Positions 37,884 through 47,369 are shown, numbered from the stretch's first letter. The stretch: 64,000 bases of DNA from Candidatus Omnitrophota bacterium (GCA_041650835.1 JBAZKL010000001.1:171931-235930); one strand, 5' to 3'. Numbers and translations are program-made. The notes: generated by a model from the letters alone, not told the origin.

Positions 37884-38525
37884 CTAACCTATTCTTATTG
37901 TTAACGTCCCGGAATAAGTCCCCGCGGGAGTATTGTAGCTGAAAATATGCTTAGCGGCTTCAACGGGGTCGGTAAACCCAAAGAGAGCCGGGTCGGTGAT
38001 AATGCCCACATATATCCTCACCCAATGCCCATCATAAGACGCCTCTGAATTTACAGCGCCCGGGGTGCCGGCATTTATTAATTGCGTGGCAAAAGTCTCT
38101 TCAGTACTTTCGGTCGCGCTTTTCCAAGTCATTAACTTATAGGTAGCCCCGACTCTATCTCCCAACCCCAATGACCCATGATCAGACCACTCTACAGCTA
38201 TTCCCGGGAAAACAGGCTTACCTCCCCCGCTGATCCCGATATCGACAGCGTAGTACCTATTATCTCTCGGCGCGAAAACACCTAATTTTTTGCCGCTTAT
38301 GTCCGATATTTCCGCCAACTCACCGAAAGTCATTGTATTTACTTGTCCTATTGTGGTCCAGTCGTCAGGGCCGCTTGGCGATACATATAGAATACCTGTA
38401 ATCGTCGCCCCATACGAACCCGTCGGAATTGTCGCTGAGACTTCGACCGTTTGTCCGAATACCCGGGGATAAATACCTAAACCTATGCCTGCCAAAGCCA
38501 GTAATATTACAAAAACTTTTTTCAT
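37884..38525 (-). CDS. Secreted hypothetical protein
   Basis: Start set to MKKVFVILLALAGIGL, preceded by AAGGAGGG; beta-rich, Gly/Thr-rich. Confidence 0.45.
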   Translation of the reverse strand: MKKVFVILLALAGIGLGIYPRVFGQTVEVSATIPTGSYGATITGILYVSPSGPDDWTTIGQVNTMTFGELAEISDISGKKLGVFAPRDNRYYAVDIGISGGGKPVFPGIAVEWSDHGSLGLGDRVGATYKLMTWKSATESTEETFATQLINAGTPGAVNSEASYDGHWVRIYVGIITDPALFGFTDPVEAAKHIFSYNTPAGTYSGTLTIRIG

Positions 38526-38729
38526 TTTGCCCTCCTTAATTTTAACCGGTACTTTATAAATATGCTGAATTTGAAACATCCTTTCTCCGTTTTTTCGCTA
38601 AAACCCAGTTCCTCGGGAACCGATATAACTATATGATATCATATTTTATTACAAAAAAACTATATTTGTCTATTACCTGACACCTTTATTTATTGACTTT
38701 CTTCCACCTAATAGGGACCGGCCTATTAA

Positions 38730-39551
38730 TTACCCCTTTCTTCCTGAAAACAACGACAGCCCTGCGGATATGATCAACGCCAAACCAAAACAGGTAACCA
38801 CAGAGGCTCCGGTAGGTAAATCGCATTTGGCTGAAAAAAACAAACCAAAAACGCTTACTAAAAATCCTATTATCCAACCCAGAACGAGCCTTTTGAATAT
38901 ACCCTTTGTTAAAAGCATCGCGCAGGTTGCGGGAACAACAAGGTAGCTAAAAACTAAAAGCACACCGGCAATCTTTACTGAACTGGTAACTACAAAACCA
39001 AAGGTGATATAAAAAAGGAAGTCCCAAAGCACGACTTTAACCCCTTGCCTTCTGGCCTCCCCTGCATCTTGTGATATAAGAAAGAATCTCCGGCGAAAGA
39101 CAAAATGAAAAACCCCCACAGCTGAATAAATCAGCAGGATCTTTATAACCTCATGCCAATTGACATAGAGTATACTTCCCACGAGCATAGCCTGCAGCGC
39201 TTCATGGCCATGGGGCGCGCGGTCTAAAATCAAGATCGCCGCTGCGGAAAAAACCGCATAGGCTATTCCAATGATCGCCTCCTGCGGAACAACTTTTTCA
39301 CGGAAACGGCCTAAAGCAAATATCCCCGCCCCAACAAAGGTAAAAAACAGAGAAAAAATATAAGCCTGAATACTGGCAAGCTCATATCCAAAGTACAAGG
39401 CTAAAGTAGCTCCAAAGGCAGCGATCTGAGCCAAAGCTAGATCAACGAATATCACTCCCCTGGTGACGATATGCAGCCCTAAATAACAATGTATTCCTGT
39501 AAGGATTAAGCAGACTGCGAACGGCGCAGCCATCAAAATTAACATTTCCAT
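38730..39551 (-). CDS. Metal ABC transporter permease (ZnuB/MntB/TroC-like, ABC-3 family)
   Basis: 273 aa, 8-9 TM helices, directly downstream of the ZnuA-like gene. Confidence 0.7.
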   Translation of the reverse strand: MEMLILMAAPFAVCLILTGIHCYLGLHIVTRGVIFVDLALAQIAAFGATLALYFGYELASIQAYIFSLFFTFVGAGIFALGRFREKVVPQEAIIGIAYAVFSAAAILILDRAPHGHEALQAMLVGSILYVNWHEVIKILLIYSAVGVFHFVFRRRFFLISQDAGEARRQGVKVVLWDFLFYITFGFVVTSSVKIAGVLLVFSYLVVPATCAMLLTKGIFKRLVLGWIIGFLVSVFGLFFSAKCDLPTGASVVTCFGLALIISAGLSLFSGRKG

Positions 39552-39569
39552 GATTTCCGCTCTCCTCTT

Positions 39570-40484
39570 TTATGGGCGAAGGCCTTGCACAAGATTATCT
39601 ATGATTGTATCCATAAGGCTGAAATAATCTTGCGCCTCTTTTGTGCCGCCGACAGAATTCGGCACTACTGCTACTTTAACGCCTGCCCGCTCCGCAACAA
39701 ACCGCGCCGGCTTCTCATCGTAAAAAACCTCCATCAGGATCACCTTAACATTCTGCTGCTTAATGGTCTCAATAATCTTTCTCAAATGTTCCGGTGAAGG
39801 CGGTATACCCGGCTTAGGCTCAAGCTCACAGGCAATTTCCAGGCCGAACCTGTTAAAGAAATACGGCCAGCTACGGTGATAAATAGCGATCTTCTCTCCT
39901 TCAAACGGCGCCATTTTTGTCTTCCACCCAATCAGTTTCTCATCTATTTTATGGTTGAAATCAGAAAGGTTCTTATTAAAATATGCTTCATCTTCCGGAC
40001 GAAGCTCACCCAGGCGCTCCGCGATATTAAAAGCTATTATTTTAACGTTCAAGGGGTCAAGCCAATAATGCGGATTCCCCATAGGATGCACATCGCCCAT
40101 TGAACGGTCTATCTTGGTTGTCGTGGGGACTTCCAATAAAAGCGCTCCTTCTGATACATCAAGATGCCCAAGCTCACCGATCCTTATCTTTTGATTTCGG
40201 GAGCCGTCAATGATCGGTTCTTCATAGCCGATCTCCAGCTCTAAGCCGACACGGACAAAAAGATCGGCTTTCTTTGCCTTTATCATAAAAGACGGCTTTG
40301 CTTCCACGAAATGCGGGTCCTGGCAACCCATTGCCAGACTATCTACCTTGACTTTGTCTGCGCCGATAAATTCAGCTACAGATTTAAGATCAGCGGTTGT
40401 TGTAAGTATATTGATCTTGTCTTGAGCGAAGGAATACGAAGCTGACCCCGCCAATAAAACTAAAATAAAGAATATCTTTTTCAT
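39570..40484 (-). CDS. Metal ABC transporter substrate-binding protein (ZnuA/TroA-like)
   Basis: Signal peptide, metal-binding His residues, NPHYWLDP motif characteristic of TroA-family binding proteins. Confidence 0.75.
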   Translation of the reverse strand: MKKIFFILVLLAGSASYSFAQDKINILTTTADLKSVAEFIGADKVKVDSLAMGCQDPHFVEAKPSFMIKAKKADLFVRVGLELEIGYEEPIIDGSRNQKIRIGELGHLDVSEGALLLEVPTTTKIDRSMGDVHPMGNPHYWLDPLNVKIIAFNIAERLGELRPEDEAYFNKNLSDFNHKIDEKLIGWKTKMAPFEGEKIAIYHRSWPYFFNRFGLEIACELEPKPGIPPSPEHLRKIIETIKQQNVKVILMEVFYDEKPARFVAERAGVKVAVVPNSVGGTKEAQDYFSLMDTIIDNLVQGLRP

Positions 40485-40502
40485 TTTATTTCCTCCCAAG
40501 AA

Positions 40503-41771
40503 TTAATATTCGTGTTTTCTATGCGGCCCTAAACCAAAATTACATTGCAGCCAGACCTCATTGCTATCCTTACCATAATCCCGGTCCGTATGCTTAAATT
40601 GCAATCGCCAGAAACAATATTCACTCTGTGCGAAAGTAAATCCTCCTGAGAAAGCATTATCGCGCCTATCAGAATAATCCGGGAATTCCGAAAGATCATA
40701 TCTGCCGAAAACCGAACAGCGTTTTGCAAATTGATATTGCAATGAAGAATACATGCCCCAGGAATCAATTTGTTTCGGGCCTGAGCCTTCTTCAGCGATC
40801 ACGTTATCTTTTTGGCTGAAGAATGCCTCATTTTGGAAAACAAGAGACCTGTATAAACCTTCTTTTAAAGGTTTCCATTTATAGGTAAGGTCTATTCCTT
40901 CAAGAGTGGTCCTGTTTTTTCCATGGCCGTCATCATTAGGCCCCGTTGCTAAACTCCCTCCCAGCTCCAAGGTTGATACGTCATTGATATCAAAAAAACT
41001 TTTTAAGTGTGACACATAAACCATATTTCTGCCCTGGTTTCCGGCGAAACTGGCAGCATTGCGGTTATTCATAGCCTCCAATGAAAATTCCATATACTTA
41101 TCCCATGGATTAGGGATCAAGTAGTTTACTGAAACTCCCGGAAGGCTCATTCCCTCTTCACCAAAATAGTTGGCGAGGACATTGGGATAATCGACCCAGG
41201 GAAGTGAATGCAGGTGAAGCCTGTTTATCTTGCCGAAATTAGCTTTAAACTTTCCTATTTTGCCCTGTAGATCCTCAACAGGCAGATTGAGCAACGTCAA
41301 ATATCCTTCGCATAGTCCCACATGCCATTCTTCGCCTTCCGGCTCAACATGCAAAAATAGATCCGCCCTCGAGTAAGGGTCAACCGGGGCAGAAAAAGCC
41401 AATTCCGCCTGGCGCATCTTAAACTGGTCATATTGCTCATCGTCTTTTTTATCCGTACCATGATACGTAAGATCACCGATAACGCTTATATCGGGATTAA
41501 AGCTTTGAAAATACCTCCCTACTCTTGACTGCGAAGGCGGGACAACCTGAGCCGCATTGCCAGAAGCCGGCGTATTCTGCGGCAAGACCTGTTCAACTTT
41601 AGACTCAAGCTGATCGATCTTTCTTTTATAACGAGCCCTCATTTCTTCAAACTGTGATTTCAACAACTTTATCTCTTCTTTTAGATCATCCACTTCTCGA
41701 GGATCTGTTTCCGCGTATAAACAGGTAACCGCAAAAAACATGATCATAAAAAACACTAATATTCTTTTCAT
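40503..41771 (-). CDS. Putative outer-membrane beta-barrel (porin-like) with N-terminal coiled coil
   Basis: Signal peptide, ~40-aa coiled coil (DLKEEIKLLKSQFEEMRARYKRKIDQLESKVEQV), then alternating amphipathic beta-strand pattern rich in aromatics. Immediately upstream of znuA-like gene (3-nt gap). Confidence 0.4.
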   Translation of the reverse strand: MKRILVFFMIMFFAVTCLYAETDPREVDDLKEEIKLLKSQFEEMRARYKRKIDQLESKVEQVLPQNTPASGNAAQVVPPSQSRVGRYFQSFNPDISVIGDLTYHGTDKKDDEQYDQFKMRQAELAFSAPVDPYSRADLFLHVEPEGEEWHVGLCEGYLTLLNLPVEDLQGKIGKFKANFGKINRLHLHSLPWVDYPNVLANYFGEEGMSLPGVSVNYLIPNPWDKYMEFSLEAMNNRNAASFAGNQGRNMVYVSHLKSFFDINDVSTLELGGSLATGPNDDGHGKNRTTLEGIDLTYKWKPLKEGLYRSLVFQNEAFFSQKDNVIAEEGSGPKQIDSWGMYSSLQYQFAKRCSVFGRYDLSEFPDYSDRRDNAFSGGFTFAQSEYCFWRLQFKHTDRDYGKDSNEVWLQCNFGLGPHRKHEY

Positions 41772-41821
41772 AATTATGCACCTCCGCAGGACCGGTAATT
41801 AATGTATAAACGACGGCGATT

Positions 41822-42145
41822 TTATAAGAGGCGCAAAGAAGGCGGAGAGCGAAGGTATTGGATCATACAGCACGGTTTGGAGAAAAGAGCGGGGATATTG
41901 TCATAAAAGAACGCCTGAGGTTTTTTTAATAAAGATCCGAGGCAGACAAGAACACATAAGAACACAACGGTATTAATTATCGACACCCACGAACAGACAG
42001 GACAATCGGCATGGAAATCCCGATCGCCGTGATTATGAAAGAATTCCGCTCCTACGGAAAAAAAGGTAAAAAGGAGGACAAGGAAACAACAAATAGCTTT
42101 AAAACTTACATTCTTATTCATACGCATAAAATTAATGATACCCAT
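41822..42145 (-). CDS. Small membrane protein with His/Cys motif (HNHGDRDFHADCPVC)
   Basis: Two TM helices flanking a potential metal-binding H/C cluster. Weak gene call. Confidence 0.25.
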   Translation of the reverse strand: MGIINFMRMNKNVSFKAICCFLVLLFTFFSVGAEFFHNHGDRDFHADCPVCSWVSIINTVVFLCVLVCLGSLLKKPQAFFYDNIPALFSKPCCMIQYLRSPPSLRLL

Positions 42146-42221
42146 GAAACGGTTTAATCAAGACAAGCGGAACTCACGCGCCGCGGCCTATGCACACCCC
42201 TCATCAACAAGCCCCATTCAT

Positions 42222-42944
42222 TCATAACTCTATGCTATCCCCCTCAACCGCTTTTATACAACGGCCGCCAAACTCATGACGCATCATTTTTTCGGCCCGC
42301 GTACCGGTGCAATGCATCGGGACGATCTTAGAAATACCGGCATCCTTAAGCTCCCGGATAATATTCATATTCACTTCATCCGGATTATCCTTTAAATGAA
42401 ACCCTCCCAGGACAGAATAAACCTTCTCTTTCTGGAATTGCTTTTGAACGGTATGAATAATATTAATAATTCCCGGATGAGCGCAGCCCGTAACTATGGT
42501 CAGGTTGTTTAAAGACTTAATAACCAGCGCCTGCTCGAAGATCCTGCGGTCAGCGCACGAAGCAAATATTTGCCCGCTGGAAAACATATCTTTATTAATC
42601 TCTGTCAGCGGCTCTACCTCAACGAGGCGCGCGCCAAAAGAGGCTATCCTGTCTTTTAATTCCTGTTTGAACCTCGGGCAAATATAAACAGTGATATCGG
42701 GCCGGTTTTGCAGCAAATACCATAACCCCGCGATATGGTCCCAATCGTCATGCGACAACACGATGTTCTTGATCTTTGCCGTATCAACACCGAATTTCCT
42801 AATATTATTCAGCAATATCCCCGGATCGCCGAAGGTATCAAAAAGCAGGTCATCACCGATGAGGAAAGAAACGCCCCAATGATGGATCAAACGTTCGAAT
42901 TTACTTGAGCCTGTAGCTAAAATCCTGATTTTCATATTCTTCAC
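42222..42944 (-). CDS. MBL-fold metallo-hydrolase
   Basis: HxHxDH-type motif (LSHDDWDHIAG) and downstream His/Asp ligands. Confidence 0.75.
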   Translation of the reverse strand: MKNMKIRILATGSSKFERLIHHWGVSFLIGDDLLFDTFGDPGILLNNIRKFGVDTAKIKNIVLSHDDWDHIAGLWYLLQNRPDITVYICPRFKQELKDRIASFGARLVEVEPLTEINKDMFSSGQIFASCADRRIFEQALVIKSLNNLTIVTGCAHPGIINIIHTVQKQFQKEKVYSVLGGFHLKDNPDEVNMNIIRELKDAGISKIVPMHCTGTRAEKMMRHEFGGRCIKAVEGDSIEL

Positions 42945-43034
42945 GAGCTATTTTACGCGGCACAACACATAAACGCTGCTTCCATCAATGCGCCGGCGGG
43001 AAGACTGGTCGGCGATAAGGCCCGCATTGACCTT

Positions 43035-43442
43035 TTACTTCTTGAATAGATAATCCGCTATCGCGCGATAAAGCGCGCTGACTGAAAGTATCGAACAGTG
43101 CAGATGATCATCGGGTAAACCCTTAAGTTTCTTGATCACTTCTCCCGCGGAAATAGAAAGCGCCTCTTTTACGGTTTTACCCCCTGCCAGCTTCGCCGCC
43201 ATGGCCGCGCAGGCCCTTGTAGCATGGCAACCTTCGGTATAATATTTAATTTCGGCGATCAAGTCATTTTCGATCACCAGATAAAACTCCATCGCGTCCC
43301 CGCATGGCCCCTTTACATGCGAAAAGCCCACCGGATCATTCATCCTTCCAAAATATCTTTGATTATTAATAAGGTCGATTACCTCCTGCGGATATTCAGC
43401 AAGCCCTTCCTGCCTGTTATTCATCATCGCAATCCCTCCCAA
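43035..43442 (-). CDS. NifU/IscU-like Fe-S cluster scaffold protein
   Basis: GPCGDAMEF..., YTEGCHATRAC..., HCSILSVSALYRAIADY match the three conserved Cys regions of IscU/NifU N-domain. Confidence 0.7.
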   Translation of the reverse strand: MGGIAMMNNRQEGLAEYPQEVIDLINNQRYFGRMNDPVGFSHVKGPCGDAMEFYLVIENDLIAEIKYYTEGCHATRACAAMAAKLAGGKTVKEALSISAGEVIKKLKGLPDDHLHCSILSVSALYRAIADYLFKK

Positions 43443-44272
43443 ATATTTTTCACTTCATCTGCCGCCGCACACGCCGCGTATTCGACAATGGTCTTACCTT
43501 CTACAAGCGCCTCCACGACCGTCTTATCAAAGGGAATCCTGCCTATGACCGGAATGCCTATCTCCCGGCAAAACGCCTCAATTTTTTCTGTGACGGCCGT
43601 ATTCAGGTCGTATTTATTCACTACCAGCTTGACCGGGATATTAAAATGCCTGGCTACATCCATAACGCGCCCGGCATCATGCAGGCCGGACAGTGTCGGC
43701 TCAGTCACGATTAAAGCGCAATCAACGCCCGACAGCGACGCGATAACCGGGCACCCTATACCAGGAGGGCCGTCAATGATCACGTATTCGAAACACTTCT
43801 TTTCCGACAATTCTTTGGCGATCTGCCTGATCTTCGCCACAAGCTTGCCGGAATTCTCCTCGGCTATCCCCAATTTAGCATGAACAAACGGGCCGTAACG
43901 AGTATCGGAAATAAACCACTCACCTGCCACGTTCTCTTCCATCCGGATGGCCCCATACGGACACACATGGCTGCAGAGAGCGCACCCTTCGCAGGAAAAA
44001 CGCTCAACCGCAAAATCATCACGTATAGCCCCAAATCTGCATACAAAGATGCATTTACCGCATTTCTTACAAAGTTCCTTATCAATAACCGCGGCTTGCC
44101 CGCTTCTAAACTCATGGCGTTCTTTTACCGTAGGATGCAACAAAAGATGCAGGTCCGCCGCGTCCACGTCGCAGTCAACCATGACTTTATTTTTAGCCAA
44201 AGCGGCAAGCGCCCCCGCAACCACAGTCTTGCCTGTGCCGCCTTTTCCGCTAATGACGACTATTTGCTTCAT
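43424..44272 (-). CDS. MinD/ParA-superfamily P-loop ATPase with 2x[4Fe-4S] ferredoxin insert
   Basis: Deviant Walker A SGKGGTGKT; CKKCGKCIFVC and CEGCALCSHVCPYGA ferredoxin motifs. Confidence 0.75.
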   Translation of the reverse strand: MKQIVVISGKGGTGKTVVAGALAALAKNKVMVDCDVDAADLHLLLHPTVKERHEFRSGQAAVIDKELCKKCGKCIFVCRFGAIRDDFAVERFSCEGCALCSHVCPYGAIRMEENVAGEWFISDTRYGPFVHAKLGIAEENSGKLVAKIRQIAKELSEKKCFEYVIIDGPPGIGCPVIASLSGVDCALIVTEPTLSGLHDAGRVMDVARHFNIPVKLVVNKYDLNTAVTEKIEAFCREIGIPVIGRIPFDKTVVEALVEGKTIVEYAACAAADEVKNIWEGLR

Positions 44273-45119
44273 TCTTTATTCCACGAATATTGATATATAA
44301 ATTAATAAATTTATCCTGATAAGAAGCGTTCTTTTCCACGATAGGTATACCCTCAGAACAACTTACTGCTATTTCTCTGCTAAAAGGGAGCTTCATTAAA
44401 ATAGGGATACGCTCTGCCCTGCAATAATCCTCCACCTTGCCGTCTCCGATATCAGAGCGATTAACAACCACACCAAATGATATCTGTAATTTTCGTAATA
44501 CCTCTACAGCCAAAATCAGATCATTTAAACCGAATGGCGTTGGCTCTGTCACTAATACGCAGTAGTCGCTCCCCTTAACTGCCGTGATAACCGGACACGA
44601 AGTCCCGGGAGGAGCGTCAATAATCACCGTCCTTGTAGGATTTACATAACTTTTCACCTGCCGGATCAAAGGCGGAGACATTGCCTCCCCTATATTAAGG
44701 CGGCCATGAATAAACTGCATATTGCCTTTCGATCCGATCTCTATTGTTCCGATCTCTTTATTAACTTCTTTTATTGCCCCTTGAGGACAAAGCAAACTAC
44801 ACGCCCCGCATCCATGACAGAGATGCGGAAAGATCAAAACACTCCCCTTGTGAGCGTTATTACCCGGTAGCACTGCGATAGCATGGTACGCGCATACCTG
44901 CCGGCACTTACCGCAATACGTGCACTTGTCCTCATCATCCTCCGGCACCGGAATAAACGCCTTCACTTCATCATTTATGCGTGGCTTAATAAACAAGTGC
45001 GCGTTCGGCTCCTCTACGTCGCAATCAAGAAGCTGGATATTCTTAAGCGACAAGGCCAAATTAACCGCGATCGTCGTTTTTCCTGTCCCGCCTTTTCCGC
45101 TGGCGATTGAAATGATCAT
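44250..45119 (-). CDS. MinD/ParA-superfamily P-loop ATPase with 2x[4Fe-4S] ferredoxin insert (paralog)
   Basis: ASGKGGTGKTT; CTYCGKCRQVC and CHGCGACSLLCPQGA. Confidence 0.75.
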   Translation of the reverse strand: MIISIASGKGGTGKTTIAVNLALSLKNIQLLDCDVEEPNAHLFIKPRINDEVKAFIPVPEDDEDKCTYCGKCRQVCAYHAIAVLPGNNAHKGSVLIFPHLCHGCGACSLLCPQGAIKEVNKEIGTIEIGSKGNMQFIHGRLNIGEAMSPPLIRQVKSYVNPTRTVIIDAPPGTSCPVITAVKGSDYCVLVTEPTPFGLNDLILAVEVLRKLQISFGVVVNRSDIGDGKVEDYCRAERIPILMKLPFSREIAVSCSEGIPIVEKNASYQDKFINLYINIRGIKNEANSRH

Positions 45120-45748
45120 ATTAATTCCTGCCTCACCGGCAGGCAGGGATGGTATGCAATTAAGACGTCTTGAAATTTACTGCTTGCTTTATTAACCCTA
45201 AAGCCCTTGCCTGCTAAATACTCCTCTATATCGGATAACGTGGTTTTGCCGACCTCATGCTTATTGCCTTCGCTGGCATGGATTTTATCCATAAGCGCCA
45301 AGCCATCTTTGGTAAAATCGCTTAGGATCAGCTTGCCTTTAAAAGAAAGCACGCGCAACAACTCATCGATCACCTTATAAGGATTGATCAAATGATGCAG
45401 GGTATTGACCGAGAAGACAGCGTCAAAAACTCTATCCTGGAAGCTTAAGGTTTCTCCGTTTTCAATACGAAAATCAACCTGCCTGTCTAAGCCGAAATAC
45501 CTGAGGTTGAGTTTCGCGAAAGCCTGCTCGGTTTCCGAGATATCAAAGGTGATAAAACTGTAGCCGGCCTTTGCCAACTCGAGCGCAAAGTGGCCCTTCC
45601 CGGTCCCGGCTTCAAGGATATCGCCGTAAAGAGGCCGGGCCTTCTCTAAAATAAAAGCCCGCTCTTTATCGACATCATAACCAAGACTGCTATATAATGC
45701 CTTACGCTCTAAATAGCGTTTATGATTTGTTAAAAGCGCTTCTTCCAA
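45116..45748 (-). CDS. Class I SAM-dependent methyltransferase
   Basis: Motif I ILEAGTGKGHFALELAK, motif post-I DISE, 210 aa. Confidence 0.7.
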   Translation of the reverse strand: MEEALLTNHKRYLERKALYSSLGYDVDKERAFILEKARPLYGDILEAGTGKGHFALELAKAGYSFITFDISETEQAFAKLNLRYFGLDRQVDFRIENGETLSFQDRVFDAVFSVNTLHHLINPYKVIDELLRVLSFKGKLILSDFTKDGLALMDKIHASEGNKHEVGKTTLSDIEEYLAGKGFRVNKASSKFQDVLIAYHPCLPVRQELI

Positions 45749-45753
45749 AACGG

Positions 45754-46122
45754 CTATTTTCCCATCCCGAACTTAGAGCCGACACTCGGCCTTTCGGTCA
45801 TCTTTAACTTCCCGCTCTTATAAGTATCAACGGCCTCTTTTACCGTACCGGATACATTGGTATAGATCTGGATACCCGCCTTATCCAGGATCTCAAAGGC
45901 ATTAGGCCCGACATTACCGGTAAGCACTACCTTTGCGTCTTTAGAGCTTACCATCTGGGCTGATTGGATCCCCGCGCCTCCCTGGAACTGCGCGTTAGCA
46001 TTCTCCTGCGCTTCAAACTTACCGGTGTCCGTGTCAAAAAAGATAAAATTCCGGCACCTGCCGAAACGGGGATCTACCGTAGAATCCGGATTTTTCCCTT
46101 CCGAGGTAATACATATCTTCAT
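45754..46122 (-). CDS. NifX/NafY/NifB-C-terminal-like (dinitrogenase FeMo-cofactor-binding family) protein
   Basis: MKICITSEG...VDPRFGRCRNFIFFD pattern and ~120 aa length typical of this family. Confidence 0.65.
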   Translation of the reverse strand: MKICITSEGKNPDSTVDPRFGRCRNFIFFDTDTGKFEAQENANAQFQGGAGIQSAQMVSSKDAKVVLTGNVGPNAFEILDKAGIQIYTNVSGTVKEAVDTYKSGKLKMTERPSVGSKFGMGK

Positions 46123-46137
46123 TTTGGGCCTTTCTTC

Positions 46138-46518
46138 TTAATGACAACTACCGCCGCCGTGGCCGTGATCCTTGCACGCATCAAGACCGCCCAAGGCGTT
46201 ATTCATAAGATCATCAAGCGCTTTTTGCACATTGCCCGCATATCCAAACACTGCAACCCCGGCTTGAGCAAATTTCTGCTGAGCCCCCATTCCCATACCG
46301 CCGGCAATAACATGGGTGATTTTATGCTTTAATATCTCATCAACTGCAACGCATCCTCCACCGCCATGCACTGCGGTATTCGGCAGAATGCGCGTATGAA
46401 TAATCTTTTTCTTATCTTTATCAACATCGGCCAATAAGAAATACCTGCACTGCCCAAAATGCGCGCAGACATTACCGTCTACTCCATTTTCATCTTCCAA
46501 TACGACTCCCACCCTCAT
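46138..46518 (-). CDS. NifX/NafY-like cofactor-binding family protein (second copy)
   Basis: MRVGVVLED...HFGQCRYFLLADVD, Gly-rich C-terminus. Confidence 0.65.
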   Translation of the reverse strand: MRVGVVLEDENGVDGNVCAHFGQCRYFLLADVDKDKKKIIHTRILPNTAVHGGGGCVAVDEILKHKITHVIAGGMGMGAQQKFAQAGVAVFGYAGNVQKALDDLMNNALGGLDACKDHGHGGGSCH

Positions 46519-46551
46519 CTTTAAACCCTCCCTTTTCTGTAGAAACTGCAG

Positions 46552-46803
46552 TTATTTTTTATCGGACCCCTGCCGGCCTTGAGCGAAACCAAAAGGCATT
46601 CCCTTTTGTCCCCTCATCCAGCCGGGAAGCCCTGTGGCATAGAAACAATTACGTCGTCCTCTGCCGCCTCTTATCCCAACAGCCCCTTTTCCGGATTGCA
46701 TTCCAACCCCGTCAACGGGCATAGCGCAATAACCCCTTCCGCCGCCCGTCATTGCACCTTGACCTCCCGGTCCTGTTCCGTCAAAACCTGGCATCGTTAC
46801 CAC
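46552..46803 (-). CDS. DUF5320-like Gly-rich small protein
   Basis: MPGFDGTGPGGQGAMTGGGRGYC... matches the DUF5320 pattern (MPxxDGTGPxGxGPMTGRGxGYC) that commonly sits beside NifX-like/MinD-Fd genes. Confidence 0.55.
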   Translation of the reverse strand: MVTMPGFDGTGPGGQGAMTGGGRGYCAMPVDGVGMQSGKGAVGIRGGRGRRNCFYATGLPGWMRGQKGMPFGFAQGRQGSDKK

Positions 46804-46858
46804 CTTCCCTTCTCTTAATGAAAATCATTTTCATTAAAATACAAAAAAAATAAAACCC

Positions 46859-47332
46859 TTAGTTTTTTCCCTCACATTGTTCACATATACCGTAAAACTG
46901 TATCAGGTGATTAGTGATCTTAAACTTGTATTTCTGCCCCAATCCCTTCTCTGTTTGATTAAGCAGCTCGACTTCATCATCAATAAAGTCAGTGTAATCG
47001 ATGACCTTATTGCATTGCGTGCACACCAGGTGGTGATGATGATGCGCTCCCTTGGGGCCTTCGGCAAACTCATAGCGCGCCCTGCCATCGCCAAAATCAA
47101 GCTTATATACCATACCCAGGTTCGATAATACATCCAGCGTCCGGTAAACGGTAGTCAAACCTACCCCGGGGAACTTTGGATGGACCTTCATATAAATATC
47201 TTCGGCGCTCAGATGGCCTTCTTCCTTGGATAAAATATCAAGGATCGCCTCGCGGCCCAACGTAAGCCTATACCCGCAATCCCTGAACTTCCCATGCCAC
47301 CAGCCCTGCCCCTTACATTCACCTCTATGCAT
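46859..47332 (-). CDS. fur: Fur-family metalloregulator
   Basis: DNA-binding N-domain (…SAEDIY…TVYRTLDVL), C-terminal HHHHLVCTQC...CEQC metal sites. Start set at the second Met (47330..47332), because the promoter -10 lies at 47367..47372. Confidence 0.75.
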   Translation of the reverse strand: MHRGECKGQGWWHGKFRDCGYRLTLGREAILDILSKEEGHLSAEDIYMKVHPKFPGVGLTTVYRTLDVLSNLGMVYKLDFGDGRARYEFAEGPKGAHHHHHLVCTQCNKVIDYTDFIDDEVELLNQTEKGLGQKYKFKITNHLIQFYGICEQCEGKN

Positions 47333-47350
47333 GTAACGCCCCTTATTGGA

Positions 47351-47369
47351 AATGATTACCATTATTAAT
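47351..47369. promoter_or_regulatory. Fur-box-like palindrome (minus-strand reading TAATAATGGTAATCATT)
   Basis: 14 of 15 match to core of GATAATGATAATCATTATC. Sits immediately downstream of, and overlapping, the -10 of the fur promoter. Confidence 0.5.

Noticed and set aside
38686-38877. 63-aa ORF as the missing metal-transporter ATPase (ZnuC)
   Set aside because: No Walker A/B or ABC signature. It overlaps the 3' end of the ZnuB-like gene, so it is spurious.
41772-41821. Zur/Fur-like box upstream of the porin-znuAB operon (TACATTAATTACC)
   Set aside because: Only a partial, imperfect palindrome. Too weak to call without a PWM scan.
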